Assembly: GCF_036321535.1 (NCBI RefSeq)
Contig: NC_087437.1
Span: 89,778,001 to 89,842,000 of the forward strand
DNA: 64,000 nucleotides
Direction of reading: 5' to 3'
Source: Camelus dromedarius
Lineage: Eukaryota
How positions within the stretch are numbered: position 1 is the stretch's first letter; each line of letters opens with the position of its first letter. Below are positions 38,396-53,133 of the stretch, piece after piece. A program made the translations under genes and the position numbers. The notes under the pieces were generated by a model that was not told the origin of the DNA, ran no database searches, and worked only from the letters and a program-made list of their open reading frames with translations.

Positions 38396-41300
38396 AAGAA
38401 AAAGTAGGTTAATAATATTCCCTAATGATGACTCATTATTCATTAGCCCTTTGAAATTCTGTAATGAACTATATATTTATATTGGTCACCAGTGTCAAAG
38501 GAAGTACAACTGAGCTAGAAATACACAAATTCTTTTCTGAGAAGCAGTCTGTGTGTTCTTTCATGATTTATATTTAAGAACTTATGTATTCTATAAATTC
38601 TCCTTAAACACATACACATATGAGACAAAGGCAACATACACATACTTTCCACACACATCACTTAAATATAGGCTTAAGTAAATTAAAGAAAATTTCAATA
38701 TTCAAATGCAAAAATATCAAAGCTAAAAGTGATTGGAAAGAGCTTTAATGAAAAAAGAAAAAGATTAGTTAACACTACGAAAGCTCTCTTTCCAAATGAA
38801 TGTGTGTCTTATTTGCACAGGTTTAAAACTAGTCCAACTTGTTTTATGTTTCATAAATGATTTGGTTAGGAACCATCCTGCTAACCTCAACTTCACTCTC
38901 TCCCCATGATATTTCCACTTGCCTCCAATAGTGTCAGAGGTGTACAGATCCTTTTATCCATACATTTTACTCACACACCAAAAAAAAAAAAAATATATAT
39001 ATATATATATAATACTATACCAGCTTGTAAAGGTTCAGTGCATTTACTACCCCTTTTGCTGAAAAACCTCACCTTTCTTGATTTGTGACATTCTGGTTCA
39101 ACTTGGAAAGAAACTGAACCAGTTCTTTCTGATCACTGACAAAACACTCTTAGAAAAGATCAAAATCTTTTCTTCAGCTCATTATAGATCAGCTATCGAG
39201 ATAGACAGAACATAAAGACAGACAGGTATTTCATTTTGGAAAAAAATGCTTTTCAGAAGTAATTCTATCAGCATGCCATAAATTTCTGTCCCATTCTCCA
39301 TTTCTTTTTGAATATTTACCTGCAAAGGAGGAGCCCTTTTTGGATTCCTTTGTTCATTCTCACCTAGCTCTCTTCTTCATTTTTTCCTAACCATTTTCTT
39401 TAAATATATTTACAATATTTAAAAGCATGTGACATTAAAGCATAGACTCAAAAGCTGAGGCCAGATTAAAAGTATTAAGTATGAATAATACCAGACAGAC
39501 ATATATTTTACTCAAGTAACTTATGGCACTTTATAAGCAAGCTATGTTTCTCCTACCCAGACTCTACAAGAATACTAATTTCTAGAATATTCCTTGAGAT
39601 GCTTTTCAGTTCTTTTAAACTTAAAGTACCAAAAACATATTCTGTTAATGCATTCAGAGAAAGATTAATTTTTATCCTCCTTCTCTAAAAAGAGATAAGG
39701 ATTGATTCATGGATTGACCAACAAGTTTAAGAAGTTCAGGAAGTGCTATTATCCCAACATGATAATTATTTAATATTACTGAACCAATGAACTGTAGCCT
39801 ATGCTTCACTGAACAAAATGCTTATGGTCTAATTTAGATTGATAAAGTGTTCACTTCCAGGGCTCACACACCTTTGCTAGAGGAATTATTGTTTTCTAAT
39901 TCATAAAAAATAAGAGGATTGGCTTGTTCTGTATGAGAAAGGAGTTAGCAGAGCCATAGAGGAACATATTGGAAATGACAGCGATCACGGACCACATCTA
40001 TCACAGACCCTGAAGCCCAAGCACTGCGTCCCTGCACTGCTAAGTACAGAAGTTAAGAACACTGTATCCCTGCCCTTATCATGCAGCAGATTACCAAAGT
40101 GTACAGCCAAACAAGTCTAGATTCAGGGCTGTGGAAAACCATTTGCTGGCCTTAAATGAGGGAATCAACAAGGAAATGATCCCATTTAGTGGAAAATAAG
40201 GAATTAGAAAAGATATGCCAGATATTACAGTTCAATGGCTTTATGTTTCCCATTATCTGTCATCCTCCTGCCACTTTTATCTGGATAAGACTTTCACATA
40301 TTTCTAGAACAACAATCACAAAGCAAGCTTCACATTTCATCTTCCTATCACATAAAATTATTTTATTTGGGGCTTCGATTTTAGTGGTTTGTACAACAGT
40401 GTGAAGATAACTTGAAACTTCAGTCTCCTTCCCAAATAAACACATAGCATTGGATTTTCATCTAGAAATGACATTAGAGTGTGCAATTTTACTCTGTCAT
40501 GTTCCAGATGAGAACATTGAGGCCTCCAGAGGTGAACTGATTGCCACCAGGGCACAGGGAGTCACTGGCAGACTCGGCAGAGGAACGAGTTAAACGAGTT
40601 TCCAGCTTCTCAGTCCAGTATCCTCTCTCTACAACATTCCATTGAAAGAGGCTGCAGAAAAGCTGTTTTTTTTAATGAATCACATATAAATTCACAGTGA
40701 GCAAGTACATTTCATTTGAACTCGTATTTTTAATTGAGCTATCAATATTTTATGTCCTAGGAGCAAAATACCAAAGAAAGTTAATTGCTACTTTTTTTTT
40801 TCCTCTTTTCTTCTCATTGTATTCTGAGCACTGTCATGTAGATGCCACACACTACTGCATTTTTTACTTACAGGAGAAAATCAGACAAAACCAAGCATTG
40901 CTGTCTATTACAAAGGAAATGAAGAGGCAATACCTGTTAACATGTGAAGTATTAGATTAGTATATAAAATATCTAGAAGAACAAACTAAGCATGGAAGGC
41001 ACAGCATTTTCCTCATAAAATATGTTTACATAACTTTTATAAGATAATCGATTGTATGACCTATGGTTATCTGGACAGGAAAAAGTTTATAACATTTTAA
41101 GAATATATTTTAAAATTCTAGCAGCAGCAGAGGCTTTTTTGGGCCTGTAAAATTCTGAAACGCTCAAACTGCGTCTGTACTGTCGCATGCAGTTTTGGGG
41201 AAGTGGGAAGTGCTATAACATCATGGGGTGGAAGTAGCACCACTCTCCTGGGTGAAACTGACAGCTACGGCAAGAAGACTAGACATCAGGTGATAAAAGA

Positions 41301-42699
41301 AGAGATCCCAACAGTCCAGCCGGCTGCACGAAATTTAATGACAGAAAACGAGCACTGCGGCTACCCTGCAACTTTCATTCCTTCTGATCAATAAACATAG
41401 GCACAGTTGCATATGGTACACAATTAAGCATATTGCTTGGAGCTAGATCATAAACATGAAGACACAGTTTTACATTTTTAAACCCCCTCTTGCTTAAGCA
41501 GACTTTCTCTTTTCACTAAGTGCCTTTGAAGCAGCCATCCAGGTCAGTTACATGTTGGGAGCAGTGCTCTATGGACTAGTGCTCAGTATTAACACAATCA
41601 GCCATTAAGAAGTTACGAGCACGTCAAGGTAAATCAGGTAATATATTTAAATCATTAGATTAAGCTTTGAGGTGGCCACTAACAGAACTAAATATAATTT
41701 GAAAATGTTCACTTTATGGTACATACTTAGTTACTAGCGCTAAAACATCTGACACCTACTCACTGGGGTAATGCTTTGGATATACTTCAAGTAAGTTAAA
41801 AAATATGATACCCTAGTAGATGTTCCATATAAATATTTATTGAATCCATTTGTTGCTCTACCTTCACTAGGAGCTGCTAATCTATGCCAAAGAGGATGGG
41901 CAAAATTGAACACATATTTATTGAATGTAATACATAAAGAGAGAACATGGACTAGATTTTAACACATGATTAGAGATACATTACCAGACTGAGTAAAAAC
42001 TTAGTGTCTATTCTTCTAGTACATGGAAGCTCCCATTTCAAGGAGCAGAACACTAACAAAACCCAGCTACCTTATTCTTGGATTAGTATTCCATATCCAT
42101 CTGAACATCCTAGAATTAGGGTGAACATACTTCCCAGTTTGCCTGGGATAATCCTAGTACACGCCGGTGCCCTGGCATGGATGTTAACAGAGTCTCCTGT
42201 CAGTCTCAGATCTTCCTTTTTGGTCAGACATGTCTGACAGCACATAAGCTCCAGGTACATTATTTATACAGCTGGTTAGCTGGGGAATTGGCTGTTGCTT
42301 ACAGAATCAGGGAGGAAATGTCAACATTTTAAAGTAAAATAGACAAAATTAATTCAGAAATCACCCTCGTGATTATTTAATATTATCATTGTTTATGTAC
42401 TTCTTCTGTTCAGAGTACCAAACCAAAAGGCAGTAAGAACTGAGGAAGATTGCATCTCAACCCAACAGGTCTATGGTAACTTGTCTGCCAACTAGATACC
42501 ATTAATTGGTTCAGGAACTATGCACATCTTTTCCCCTCTTGTTTGGATATAAGGGATATTCACTGAATATTCATGCTAAAAGAGAGTGGAATCGAAGGCA
42601 GTCTGAATACTCTGTTGGAAAGCACAAATATTGGATAAATTTTCCTAATTCATGGATGAGTGAACAAAACAAAAGCATAGGTACGGTCTGACTATGAAT

Positions 42700-43500
42700 A
42701 GTAATTCTTCTAAGATGACAATTTCCTAGCAATATACTCAATCAGACACGGAAAATAGTCTCAATGAAACAAGAGAAGAATGAAACAAGAAGAGAACTCT
42801 ATTTATCATAGAGTTATATGAAAAATCAAAAACACAGGATGAAAAAAATGTATAAAATAAGAAAGAAATGCAAGGTAACTTTACAAAGCAACTGAAGAAC
42901 TACAGTCTGACTTGGAAGTACTCAAGAGCATCTTGATACTAGAAACCAAAATAAAGGAATTAAAGGAAAAATTGAAAGCTTCCAAGAATGTAAAGATAAT
43001 ATGACAACTGAACTAAAACAGTAGGAAAGAAGATGACAAATATGGTGGATAAGGTTTGGGGCTCAACTTCAGATACATATGAGAGAGAATAAAACATAAC
43101 TTGGACTGTAAAGATTAAAAATAAATCTTGAAATAGAAATGCACATATATGAAGACTGAATGTCCTTACCACCTCATAGACAAGGCTAATGAACCCTCAG
43201 TCAGGCAGATGCTGGAAACATTTAACATTTTAAGAATATATTTTAAAATTCTAGCAGCATCCAACTAGGTAATTCTCAAAAAAAAAGCAGGATCATTAGG
43301 GCTTATTTTCAGTAGTAATTGCCAGAAGACAAAAGTGTAACAGCTAAAAGTCAGAGAAGACTTTCATATCCACTAACGTAGTTCATTATGAAAGCTTAGA
43401 AAACATATTATTTCCTACATACCCGACATACACCAAACAACCAAGAAGGACATGAAAATTAAGAGTTTAAGATTAAAAAGTTTCTGTTATAAAAGGATGA
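42700..43500 (+). mobile_element. Ancient L1/HAL1 ORF1-region remnant
   Basis: A-rich strand bias and decayed ORF1-like text (aaattctagcagcatcc...taattgccagaagacaa). Confidence 0.45.
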
Positions 43501-43599
43501 CATTTTCTGTCATCCTTACCAAAGCTACCTCCCTAACATTATTAGAAAAAAGATAATCAAAAAACAGAATGAATTGGGTTAGGTTTGGACTCCCTTTGC

Positions 43600-43785
43600 T
43601 ATCCCCATATCTCAGTATCACCCATCTTCAGTAAATCACTTAACTTCTCTGACCTTGGTCTATCCATTTAAAAATATAATAATTATAATATAATCATGGC
43701 TTTGTTGTAAGCATAAAAGGAGATAATTAATATAAAATTGATCTTATAACACTTTTGTTATACAAATGTAAGGAATTATTATTAA
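43600..43785 (+). mobile_element. MIR fragment
   Basis: aaatcacttaacttctctgaccttgg...ttgttgtaag...gagataat. Confidence 0.6.
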
Positions 43786-45754
43786 TCATTTAGGGGCTTG
43801 CAAATTGTTTAGGAGGAACAACAGTCATTTTCACATTCCTTTCTGGACATGACCCTACTTGTGGTGCACTGATACTTCTCTCAGTGAATAAGGAATTTGG
43901 AACTGCATAAACCTGTCACAGGAAAACGCTTGTTAAGTCTTTCAAATGCTAATTTTAGGTTTGGGTGTATAACAAGTACACTTTGCTACTAAAGATTTTA
44001 CTTTGAAATTGGAGTCTTTCTCAATTCGATGTATATAAGATTATTCCTTTTCGTTCCTATGAAGCTACAGTCTAGCTCCTTACTGAAGTCTTTATCCACT
44101 TTTTCCTTATACAGAATGTTAATTCTCATGATGTTTCTCTATTCATGATGTTTTTCTACTTGCAGTTTTAAACTTCCTATTTCTCAAATGACTCAATCTT
44201 TTACTAATTATCAGTAATTCTTTTTAACTGGTTACCTGAATTTTTCAGTCATATTACTTGTTCTTTCATTTTTAATTATATTTTAGAGTACAGTCAAGTA
44301 CTCTCTAGTGTATCTCCATGTAGTTTTATTTTCTTCTGGAAAAATGCTGTTCACAAAAAAAATTTTGGTATATGGAAAATACTTATAGTATTTAGCCAAA
44401 AAAATGATACAGATTAAGCATATAGTTGGGACTGAATTTTTTTTTAACATAATGCAGAAAGAAGAAAAGAAACACGCTAGCATGATGACAGCCAACATTC
44501 CTAGATGGTAAGATTATTTTCTTCTTTTCCTTATTTCCCTCTATTTATCTCACAAATTACATAATCATTGAACATGCCTACTAAAAATATATATATATAT
44601 ATTTTAGGGGCAGAGGACAGAGGTCTTGCAAGCCAAGTCAGAAAATGTATGGAAGAGAAAGGGAGGCAAAGTAGAATGACTGTAAAAAAAAAATGCAGTA
44701 AGATCGCCAGGTAATAGCAGTGAAGAGGATACAGGTGCAGACAGAGAAAACCAATGCAAAGCCCTTTGATAAAAAGCTTTGGGTAGAAACTGCTGTTCTC
44801 TGGCCTGATGTCTAGATTATGAAACTAGGAAGAAAGAAATGAGAAAAGAGTCACAGTCAAAAGAATGAGAGGAAAAGATCATTCTGGCAGCTACAAACTG
44901 GCAATTGGTTGGAGGACAGTGTTTAAAGTGGGCTGAGCAGGAAGGAGCTGTGCTGTGGTCAAAATGAGAGATGGTCAATCTCTGACCTCTGTAAACAGCT
45001 GGAAGAAATGCTTCCAAAACGGGACAGTTGATTCGCTCAGAATAAATTGGTGAGATGGCAATAAATCATATGCTTCTAGGAGAGCTACTGGAAGGGAAAT
45101 TAATATAAAGCTTCCTTTGTACAGGTGGAGATAACATTATTTCCAAAGAACTTCAGTATTGTGGATATATCAGCAAGTGGACATACAGCAACTAAATGAA
45201 ATGATTCGGTAAGCGTTACATAACTACAGAAGAAAGTAACGTAACTTTAGTTGATAGAACCTATATTATGCGTAGTTAGTATATGATATCAAATAAACAC
45301 TGTCTGCCTACTAGTCCCTTTTAACAATTAAGACAGAGGCTCTTGCTTTTGGATTCAAAGCCACCTCTCTCCAACTAGTCAGCAGGATATTAATAATTAT
45401 GCAGTCAGCCCCATGCTAGAAATCATAGGGAATTAAAAGTATCCCTCCCTACAAGGATCTCATATTCCTGTTAGGATGCTCTAGCAAATACATGCCAAGT
45501 CCAAGGGTATGTATTACAGCTTTGTTGTAATAATGAAAACTTAAAAAGTATCTAAAGAACCATCATCAGATACAACAGTAAATGAAACTTGCCTTATTCA
45601 TATAATAATATATGAATTCAGGTAAATGAACATATCTAAATGTGTGAATAAATCTCATATGATGCCATGATAAGTGGGGAAAAAAGTAAATCCTAAAGTA
45701 TAGAAATAATCTACTATATAATATCCTATACACCTCTATGCACTATACATAGTG

Positions 45755-45778
<24 letters not shown>
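45755..45778. repeat. (TA)n microsatellite within an old L1 3' remnant
   Basis: Direct reading. Confidence 0.9.
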
Positions 45779-45785
<7 letters not shown>

Positions 45786-46479
45786 GTACATATAAATGTA
45801 TATAGTATACAACTTATGCTATTATTATAAAAGTAAAAAGAGTAGAAACATGAATGGGAAAGTTAAAACTAAGGCGGGGGGGGAGAAAAAGGGGAGGGAA
45901 TGAGGAAGAGGGGAGGAGAAGAAAGAGGACATGCAATGACTTACTAGGAAAAGGCAGGAGGGAGGACACTAGGGAAGGCCTGGGGGAAATGGGGACTGAG
46001 ACGGACTTGAAGGATGGGAGGACTTGAAATGAAGAAAGAGCAGGTGAGAGAGCAGCATGAGAAACATCTCCAGTTCGTAAAATTAGTGCTCATTCCAGTC
46101 ACTAGTGAGTACTTCAGAAACAAACCAGGAGTTGAGCCCAAAGAAGTAACATTGGAGAAAGTAAACTGGTACCCAATGGTGGTAAATTGGTGAAGGGCCC
46201 CCAGGGGGACTGTAACCTCACTATTTTTAGGTTTCTTCAATTCACTAGTCACAGACTTTCTTGTCTGCTTTATGAAGTGGGGTTTCCTACTGTTCTCCAA
46301 CTTACCTTCTTCTACCACCGGTTGCTTGTTCCCGGGTTCACCTACCTGGGTAAAGGACTTCCAGTGTTAAATTTTTAAAATACGCCTTAGTTATTTGAAA
46401 AATCTTTCCCACCCAAATCAAGAAGTCTCCTCCTTTCATTTAGCAATTCTTCAAAATCCAGGTTTTCCACTCATGACTT

Positions 46480-46828
46480 ACTGTCTTCAAGTCAATGAGA
46501 GAGAGGATGATGAAGGTCACCTCTCAGACTCCACATCAGGCCTGAGGTGCTCATTCCCCAGCAGCTGGGGACTCCCAGCTGAGCCATTCTCTTGGAATTG
46601 TCTTCAGTCAAAACAAGCCAACTGACCCGTGCACACCATCCGCCCTCCCCAGCACACAGCACTTCAAGAGGGACAACTTTGAGAAGTCATCCTAGTTCAC
46701 ACTCCTGAGGGGATCAGCTGAGCCTTTTGCTGTGACTGCACTGCAGCTCTGACTTCCAACCACTTCTGCTTTCTTTGCATGCAGATCTCTGTCTCAGAGT
46801 CTTTTCCTCCAGAAGCTCACCTAAGACA
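46480..46828 (+). mobile_element. ERVL solo LTR (LTR16-like)
   Basis: gggacaactttg, ggatcagctgagcc and the terminus tctctgtctcagagtc...cctaagaca. Confidence 0.75.
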
Positions 46829-48736
46829 ATGGGCAAATTTTATTGTTCCTGTCTACCTCGATATGTAACTTTATCATTCTCATTTCACTGCTTTTATCTA
46901 ATATGCAAGTTATTTAACAAACAACCATACCCAGATTCTCCTCTGGCCGAATAAAATAGATTATCATGCATGTTCTTTGTCTGACTTATATTTAGGCATC
47001 CATCATAAAGCCATTAAAAATTATAAGCTCCTTGAGGGCAGAGTTCATTAAGTACTATAAGCCTGATCTCTATGAAAGACAGCACAATGCTGTTGTTGAA
47101 TTCATTATGCTGTTACCAATATAATGTCCCTCCTGTAGGTTTTTATTTTATTGGATTGATAGATTTTATTCATAGGATTAATTGCTTTTACTTAGGTTGT
47201 GTCCCTACTAATACATGGAGAATAATTTTATATATATATATATTTTTCCTTTAAAAGACCTGGTAATTATCTTTTAAATGGAAAATAAATGTGTTTCAGA
47301 ATTTTAAGAAAAGAGGTTCCCATCTCTACTTATAAACCAAACAAAGGAACACAAAAAGTTCAATCATGATAATACTTGATGACTCAGTAAGGCACAGTGT
47401 GGGAAGGTGGTGGGGAGGGGGGTGGTTTGCAAATGTTTCTGTAGGTGATCCTGATACGTACTTTCTCTCCTGCCTTTTGGAGGATGAAGTTGAAGGAAAT
47501 GGCTAAAGGCATTCATTCTAATAATATACAATACTTCCAGTAGGACTTGTGTGTGATATAAATCAATTTTCTATTTCTTAGGAAATAGCAAGTTTGTGTG
47601 TAAAAATCATGTTAACAAATTTTAAAGGGTATATAACCTTTCACAGTTTTGTTTTATAGATCATGTGAATATGTTACTTATTTTTAAAGTACTTTTTAAG
47701 AAATATGGATTTAATCACTATTAAGTGTCTTCTAAGGAAATGTATACAAAACAGAAAATAAAATATGCTGAGAAAATTCGTTTTAATAAAATTTCTCTTA
47801 ATGTATTATTTTAAAATATTTCCAAACAACTATAAAGGGATCAAAATAATTCTATTATGAACCATAAAATGTATCAGCTGCTTTGTGTAAATTATGTACA
47901 GAGAAGGCACAGTTCCTTGTGTTGCTAATACTTCAGCACATCCCTGAACGAACACTAACCTCTGAATGTTTCATGTTCTTTTATAATAAATTATGCAGAA
48001 GTTCCATATCAGGACTATGCTAAGGTGCTAAAGTTCATGTCAATGAGTTGTTTGTAACTAAAGGTAGTGGACAGACACCTTTCCTTTACATTTGAGTCCA
48101 ACATTTTATGTAGAATAAATGCCATCAACACACAAAGTGACAAATTGAAAAGCAACTGCTCCAATAAAATGATTTAAAAAAGAAGAAAAAGAAGAAGAAG
48201 TAGGCATCTTTCAAGGGCACAGCTGGGAAAAATTTCAGAGAAACTTGCTGTGCAAGTTATGCCTGCAAACTTCATTAACAGTAATGGAATTTTCAACGTA
48301 ACAACTAGCACATTGATTTGAACATTTTCCCAACGTGTACATTTTATTTTTAGAAAAGCATTTTTTTTAGAGCAGTGAGAGCACAGAAAACTTTATATTT
48401 CTAGTATGTCTGACATTATATATGAATGTTTCTTTCATAAAAATGAAATTATAAAAAACTCTCAAAGAGAAATCACAAAAGGTCTAATATTTTATGAGAT
48501 GGTAAAACACTAAGAAAAGAAGTACTGGGGCCTTTTTCTCATAAATGTATGTATTATTTTTTAAGTTTATGTATTTACCATGTGCATTTATTTACCACAA
48601 TAAATATTTTATTCTCATAGGAAATATAAAAGTTTGAAGAAAGTTCATGGGAAAAAGAGTTTATAATTCTGCTGTTTATAAGCTAGTAAACAAAAATCAA
48701 AGTAGAGAGAGGACACAAAATTCCCAAGGTACTAAA

Positions 48737-49010
48737 TGTAGTAGAGACTGTTAATCATTTCTCAATATCTGACCTCCTTTCCTCAATTTTATCTGGGCCT
48801 GTGACTGCCAGCATAAACACTGTATTTCCAGATTCTCTTGCAGCTACGTGTAGCCATGTAAATACATTATGACTAATGGAACATAAGCAGACGTGTTATG
48901 TGGCAGCTCATGAATAAAAAGTATATAAACGCCTCTTCTTCCCTACTTATCCTTTCCTCTACACCACATTTAAAATAAAAGATGTTGCCATCTACAATGA
49001 TGAAATTGAA
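48737..49010 (+). mobile_element. MLT1 LTR fragment
   Basis: atttccagattctcttgcagctacgtgtagccatgt...aatggaacataagcagacgtg. Confidence 0.7.
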
Positions 49011-50589
49011 AGCAAAAATTCTAGAGAACAGTATATCTAAAATGTCCATGTAGGAGTCATCTCAATTGCTTGTAAAACAACCTAAGTTCTTTTATTGTGT
49101 TGTGTGGTACTGTATTTCATCATAAGTGAAAATACTTTAATTTTGCATTGCTTTCTTTTCTTGCTTGAATTTTAAATGATTTAAATGGGTATATTTGAAG
49201 AAACTGTAACTATCAGGAAGAGAGCTAGCTAAGCTGGAATAATCAATTACAATATAGGAATTCAAATAGTGCCCTTTATATTCAGATAACAATTCTAACA
49301 ATAATGAAAAAGACAATTAAAGTCAGACTATTTATTGTATACTGATGTAACTGTTATTTTTCCCCTAAATTAAAAACAAAAATGAAATCAAATTCTGTTG
49401 GAGTCCCAACTCAAACCACAAATGAGAATCGGTCCCAAATAATATCCTGAGTTACATATTCAATAGTGTTTCTTATTTCCTATTATAAAAGTGGACTTTA
49501 TTGAGTCTGAGTATACCAAATGTAAATAATTTATTTTAGGTTTTGTGTCCCACTCCAACTCCACCTCTTCTCATACTCAGGACCATGCATTAAAAATAAT
49601 ATTTATATTTTTCTCTCTTTTTGGCAAAATAAAGGAATATATAGACAGGCTTTTCAACAGTCAAGCAAGAGCACTGAGACTTGAAGTGCACACACAAAAA
49701 ATGAGGAATTAATGTGAGGTTGACAAGTTCAAGCTAAATTGGCAATATAAAAGTCAAAGCAATTAATCCTGAGTGAGATTACTGCTACACTGAAAGTCCC
49801 ACTCATATTTAGTAATATTTGTCTTTAAATTTAATGGATTATACACTAAACCTCTTTTTCAAATAAAACCAAATCAAATATTGAATCATCAGAAACATGC
49901 ACAGATGAGACATTTTACTGGAAAGAGAATACAGGGTGTAAATAAATTTGCCTCTGTTTTAGAAAGAACACAAGATATTTTACAGTATCTTCAGGTCCAG
50001 ATAACACTCAAAACAGTTCTCTGCAAAGCATCTTTGACTAATCACAATAAACACCTAAATGCTTTCTGGACAAAGATGGCCAAAGGGGGTTGGGGGCGGA
50101 ATGCTAGTCATGTTTCTTTTTGAGTTTATAATTACTATCAACAAATATTTTTTGAGTCTCCTCTGGGCATGGCATTATGGTACTAATGATCAGCTCACTG
50201 ACCGCCATCTAGATGTCCAATGCTAAATTAGGCTCCTTTGATTTATGTTCATTACTTTATTTGTGCCCTGGCTCATCTGTTCTTACAAGCTGCTCTGCTG
50301 TGCTCCTACCAGCAAATTATGTGACAGTACCAACCTGGTGCTAATTTACTGAACTCTGGGCTACCAAGAAAACACTTTTCAGTTTATATATAGCCCTGCC
50401 CATTATTGTTTTTCTACCTCCCTTTGTCTCTCAGTGAGCACTGCCAAGTCAATAATATATCCAGAGTAATTAAAAAGCAAATAAAGCAACTCAACTTTAC
50501 ACTTTTCCATCTGTTGGTCTGTAGTAGTTTACATCCTTTCCACATCCTGGTGAAATCCATAAAACTTCCCCTGAGTTTCTAAATTCAGC

Positions 50590-51215
50590 TGGCCTAGGAC
50601 AAAGCAATACTCTTTTACCTAGAAACTCTTTTAAAACTTAAATTTGAATAGGTCACTTACTAATTAAAGAGTCTTCAATGGATCATAAAGATTAAATTAG
50701 AAATCCTCCTTTAGTATCTGAATCATCTCTCATTCTCCAGCCTCATTTCCCATCATTCTGTTCTCTGTATCATACACGTACACCATAAAAAAATCTGAAG
50801 TCCCCAGAATCTACAACACTATGACCCTTCTCAATGCACTTATGGGCTTTAGACCCTTCTTCTGCACTTGGCTCAACTTCTATTAAGCTCTCAAAACCAA
50901 GTATTTATCACTCCCCTTATTCAAACTCTTATGCCAGTTAATGAAACACACCTCTACTTATGTTCCTATAATATCTAGTGACTATAAATCCATAAAATTT
51001 ATCATACTTTTTTTGAATTATCCATTTACATATCTATCTCTCTGACCAGATTATCTGCTTCATAAAGCCAGGATCAAGGTCTTTGTGTCCCTTCAACTGT
51101 AAGCTCCTGAAATAACATGAGCCATGATTCTTTACTTTCAGAGCCCAAGAACCTAGCACAATTTGCCTTTCATGTAGTAGATGTTCAATAAAAATATTCA
51201 AATGTATCAATACAT
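50590..51215 (+). mobile_element. LINE-2 3' fragment
   Basis: ctgtaagctcctga...cctagcacaatttgcc...tagatgttcaataaa terminus. Confidence 0.7.
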
Positions 51216-53006
51216 AAAAGGATGAGCAAATATGTGTATACAAGCCAAACTTTTTATTTAGTTCCTTTCTTATTATCTTCCAAGTATTATAAACATTAAT
51301 TTCTTCTCCTAATTGCTGTTGTGGTATTTAAGCCCAAGTATAAAGCAAATTTTATTAGTGGAGACTTTCTTTTATTTAATATTTTTGAGGCCATAAACAG
51401 CTAATATTCAGCAATTTCCACTTAAGATAATCTTCCTCTACTGAGCTCAGACAACCCAAATAGAAATCAATGAATTATCTAAAATATCCACTTCTCTGTG
51501 CCAAAAACTCAAATGATGTTTTTTTATTAAAACCATGCTATTCTACTCTATCTACTGTGCAGGAGATTCATTATATAAAATTTTTCTGTATCTTACAGAA
51601 ATACAGTAAGTTATATTTTCAACTTTTGGGAATAACCTTGTGAAAAGTTCATAAAGAAATAAAACAGCAATCCATTTTCCATTACAGAGAACTATTCAGT
51701 GTTGTTCAATGGGATCAAAATAAGGGAAGACTGAAAAAAACACTAATATAATCCTACTAGCTATGTTAAGATAATTTAAAAGAAAATCAATTATTTGACA
51801 TCAGTCTGAGTTTTCATATTTAATGTGGTGTCTATCTATCTGTAAAATAAACACAAAACATATAATGTCACAATCAAAATATCATGTGATTTCCTTTTAT
51901 AAATATCCTTCTTGGATAAACACAGTATGAAGTGAAACTACTGTGACCAGTTTAATTGAATAAATTACTTATTTGTCTTTTCCATATGTAATGCTTTCAA
52001 ACATTAAGTATCATCTATTATAACAATCTTGTCATTTAGAAATTACTTGTGTTTTCTCATTGGCAAAACATAATGAATATCATTGCATATCCTTCTGTTT
52101 TTCACTCAAACAAATTTCATTGAAATCTATTTTTTTTTCTTAAAAAGAAAAATACCTCAATCATTACAAGCCATTAAATGTGTGTTATTTCCAAATAAGA
52201 AACTGAATGACCCATGGAAAGAAAGATTCATCTTTCTACCTTAAGAGATTTATATGATTTTATCAAAATTAATCAGTTTCTTCAAAAATCCTTAAAAATA
52301 AATTTATAAACAAGAAACACCACATGCTGAGTTGAAACAGAATTCACAGTTTGTTCAATTATCATGATAAATTAAGAGTTCCTTTTAAAGGCTGAGGGAA
52401 ATTAATTTTCTAATTTTAAAGCAAAGTTTAAAATCACAACATTAACTTCATCTTGAAGTTGAAGTAGATACTTAGTATCATAAGTTTATTTCTGCAAACA
52501 CATTTAAAAATTTCTGGACAGAGAAAGGCTGTTAGAAGCAATAAAACGTATGTTTGTGGTTTTTAATAAATGTAACTATGAGAGAGATTTGCTGAAATAT
52601 TTATTCTCACTAATATTTAATGACTAACACTTCAGGCCTTACTCTCTGTTTCTTCAATTGCCTCAAGGTTTACACTGTGCTCAGTGTCTTATTATTACCT
52701 TCTTTTCTTCATTAAAACTGATCCTTCAGGGAAATATCACCCAAAGACTTGAAGTGGACATTTCCTACTTCCTGTTCTGCCTAGCATCTTTTACTTTCAG
52801 AAACTGACTTCCAAAGGACTGGGAGGGGGGATGGCAACAGCCTATCATTTAGTTCTGATTCCATCTTTATAAAGGTGAACACAAGGCTCATGCAGGGTAC
52901 TTAGAGTACTCAATCCCAATTCTTCTGAAATGGTGATTAGTTTACAACAGACACATGACCCAAACTGGCCAAAGTCGGCTTTCAGAGACTGATATAAACT
53001 TGCAAA

Positions 53007-53073
53007 GAGAGAGAGGGAGGAAGCGGTGGGGAGGGAAGGAGGGAGGGAAAGAGGCAGGGAGAGGGAGAGAGAC

Positions 53074-53121
<48 letters not shown>

Positions 53122-53133
53122 AGGGAGGGAGGG
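53007..53133. repeat. GA-rich compound microsatellite
   Basis: (GGGA)n, (GAGACA)n and (GA)n blocks. Confidence 0.9.

Noticed and set aside
41524..41536. Minus-strand ggctgcttcaaag resembles the AAASK codons of the CADM2 27-nt microexon
   Set aside because: No AG acceptor before it, no NKVK continuation and no GT donor after it. Chance match; the real microexon is probably beyond the window.
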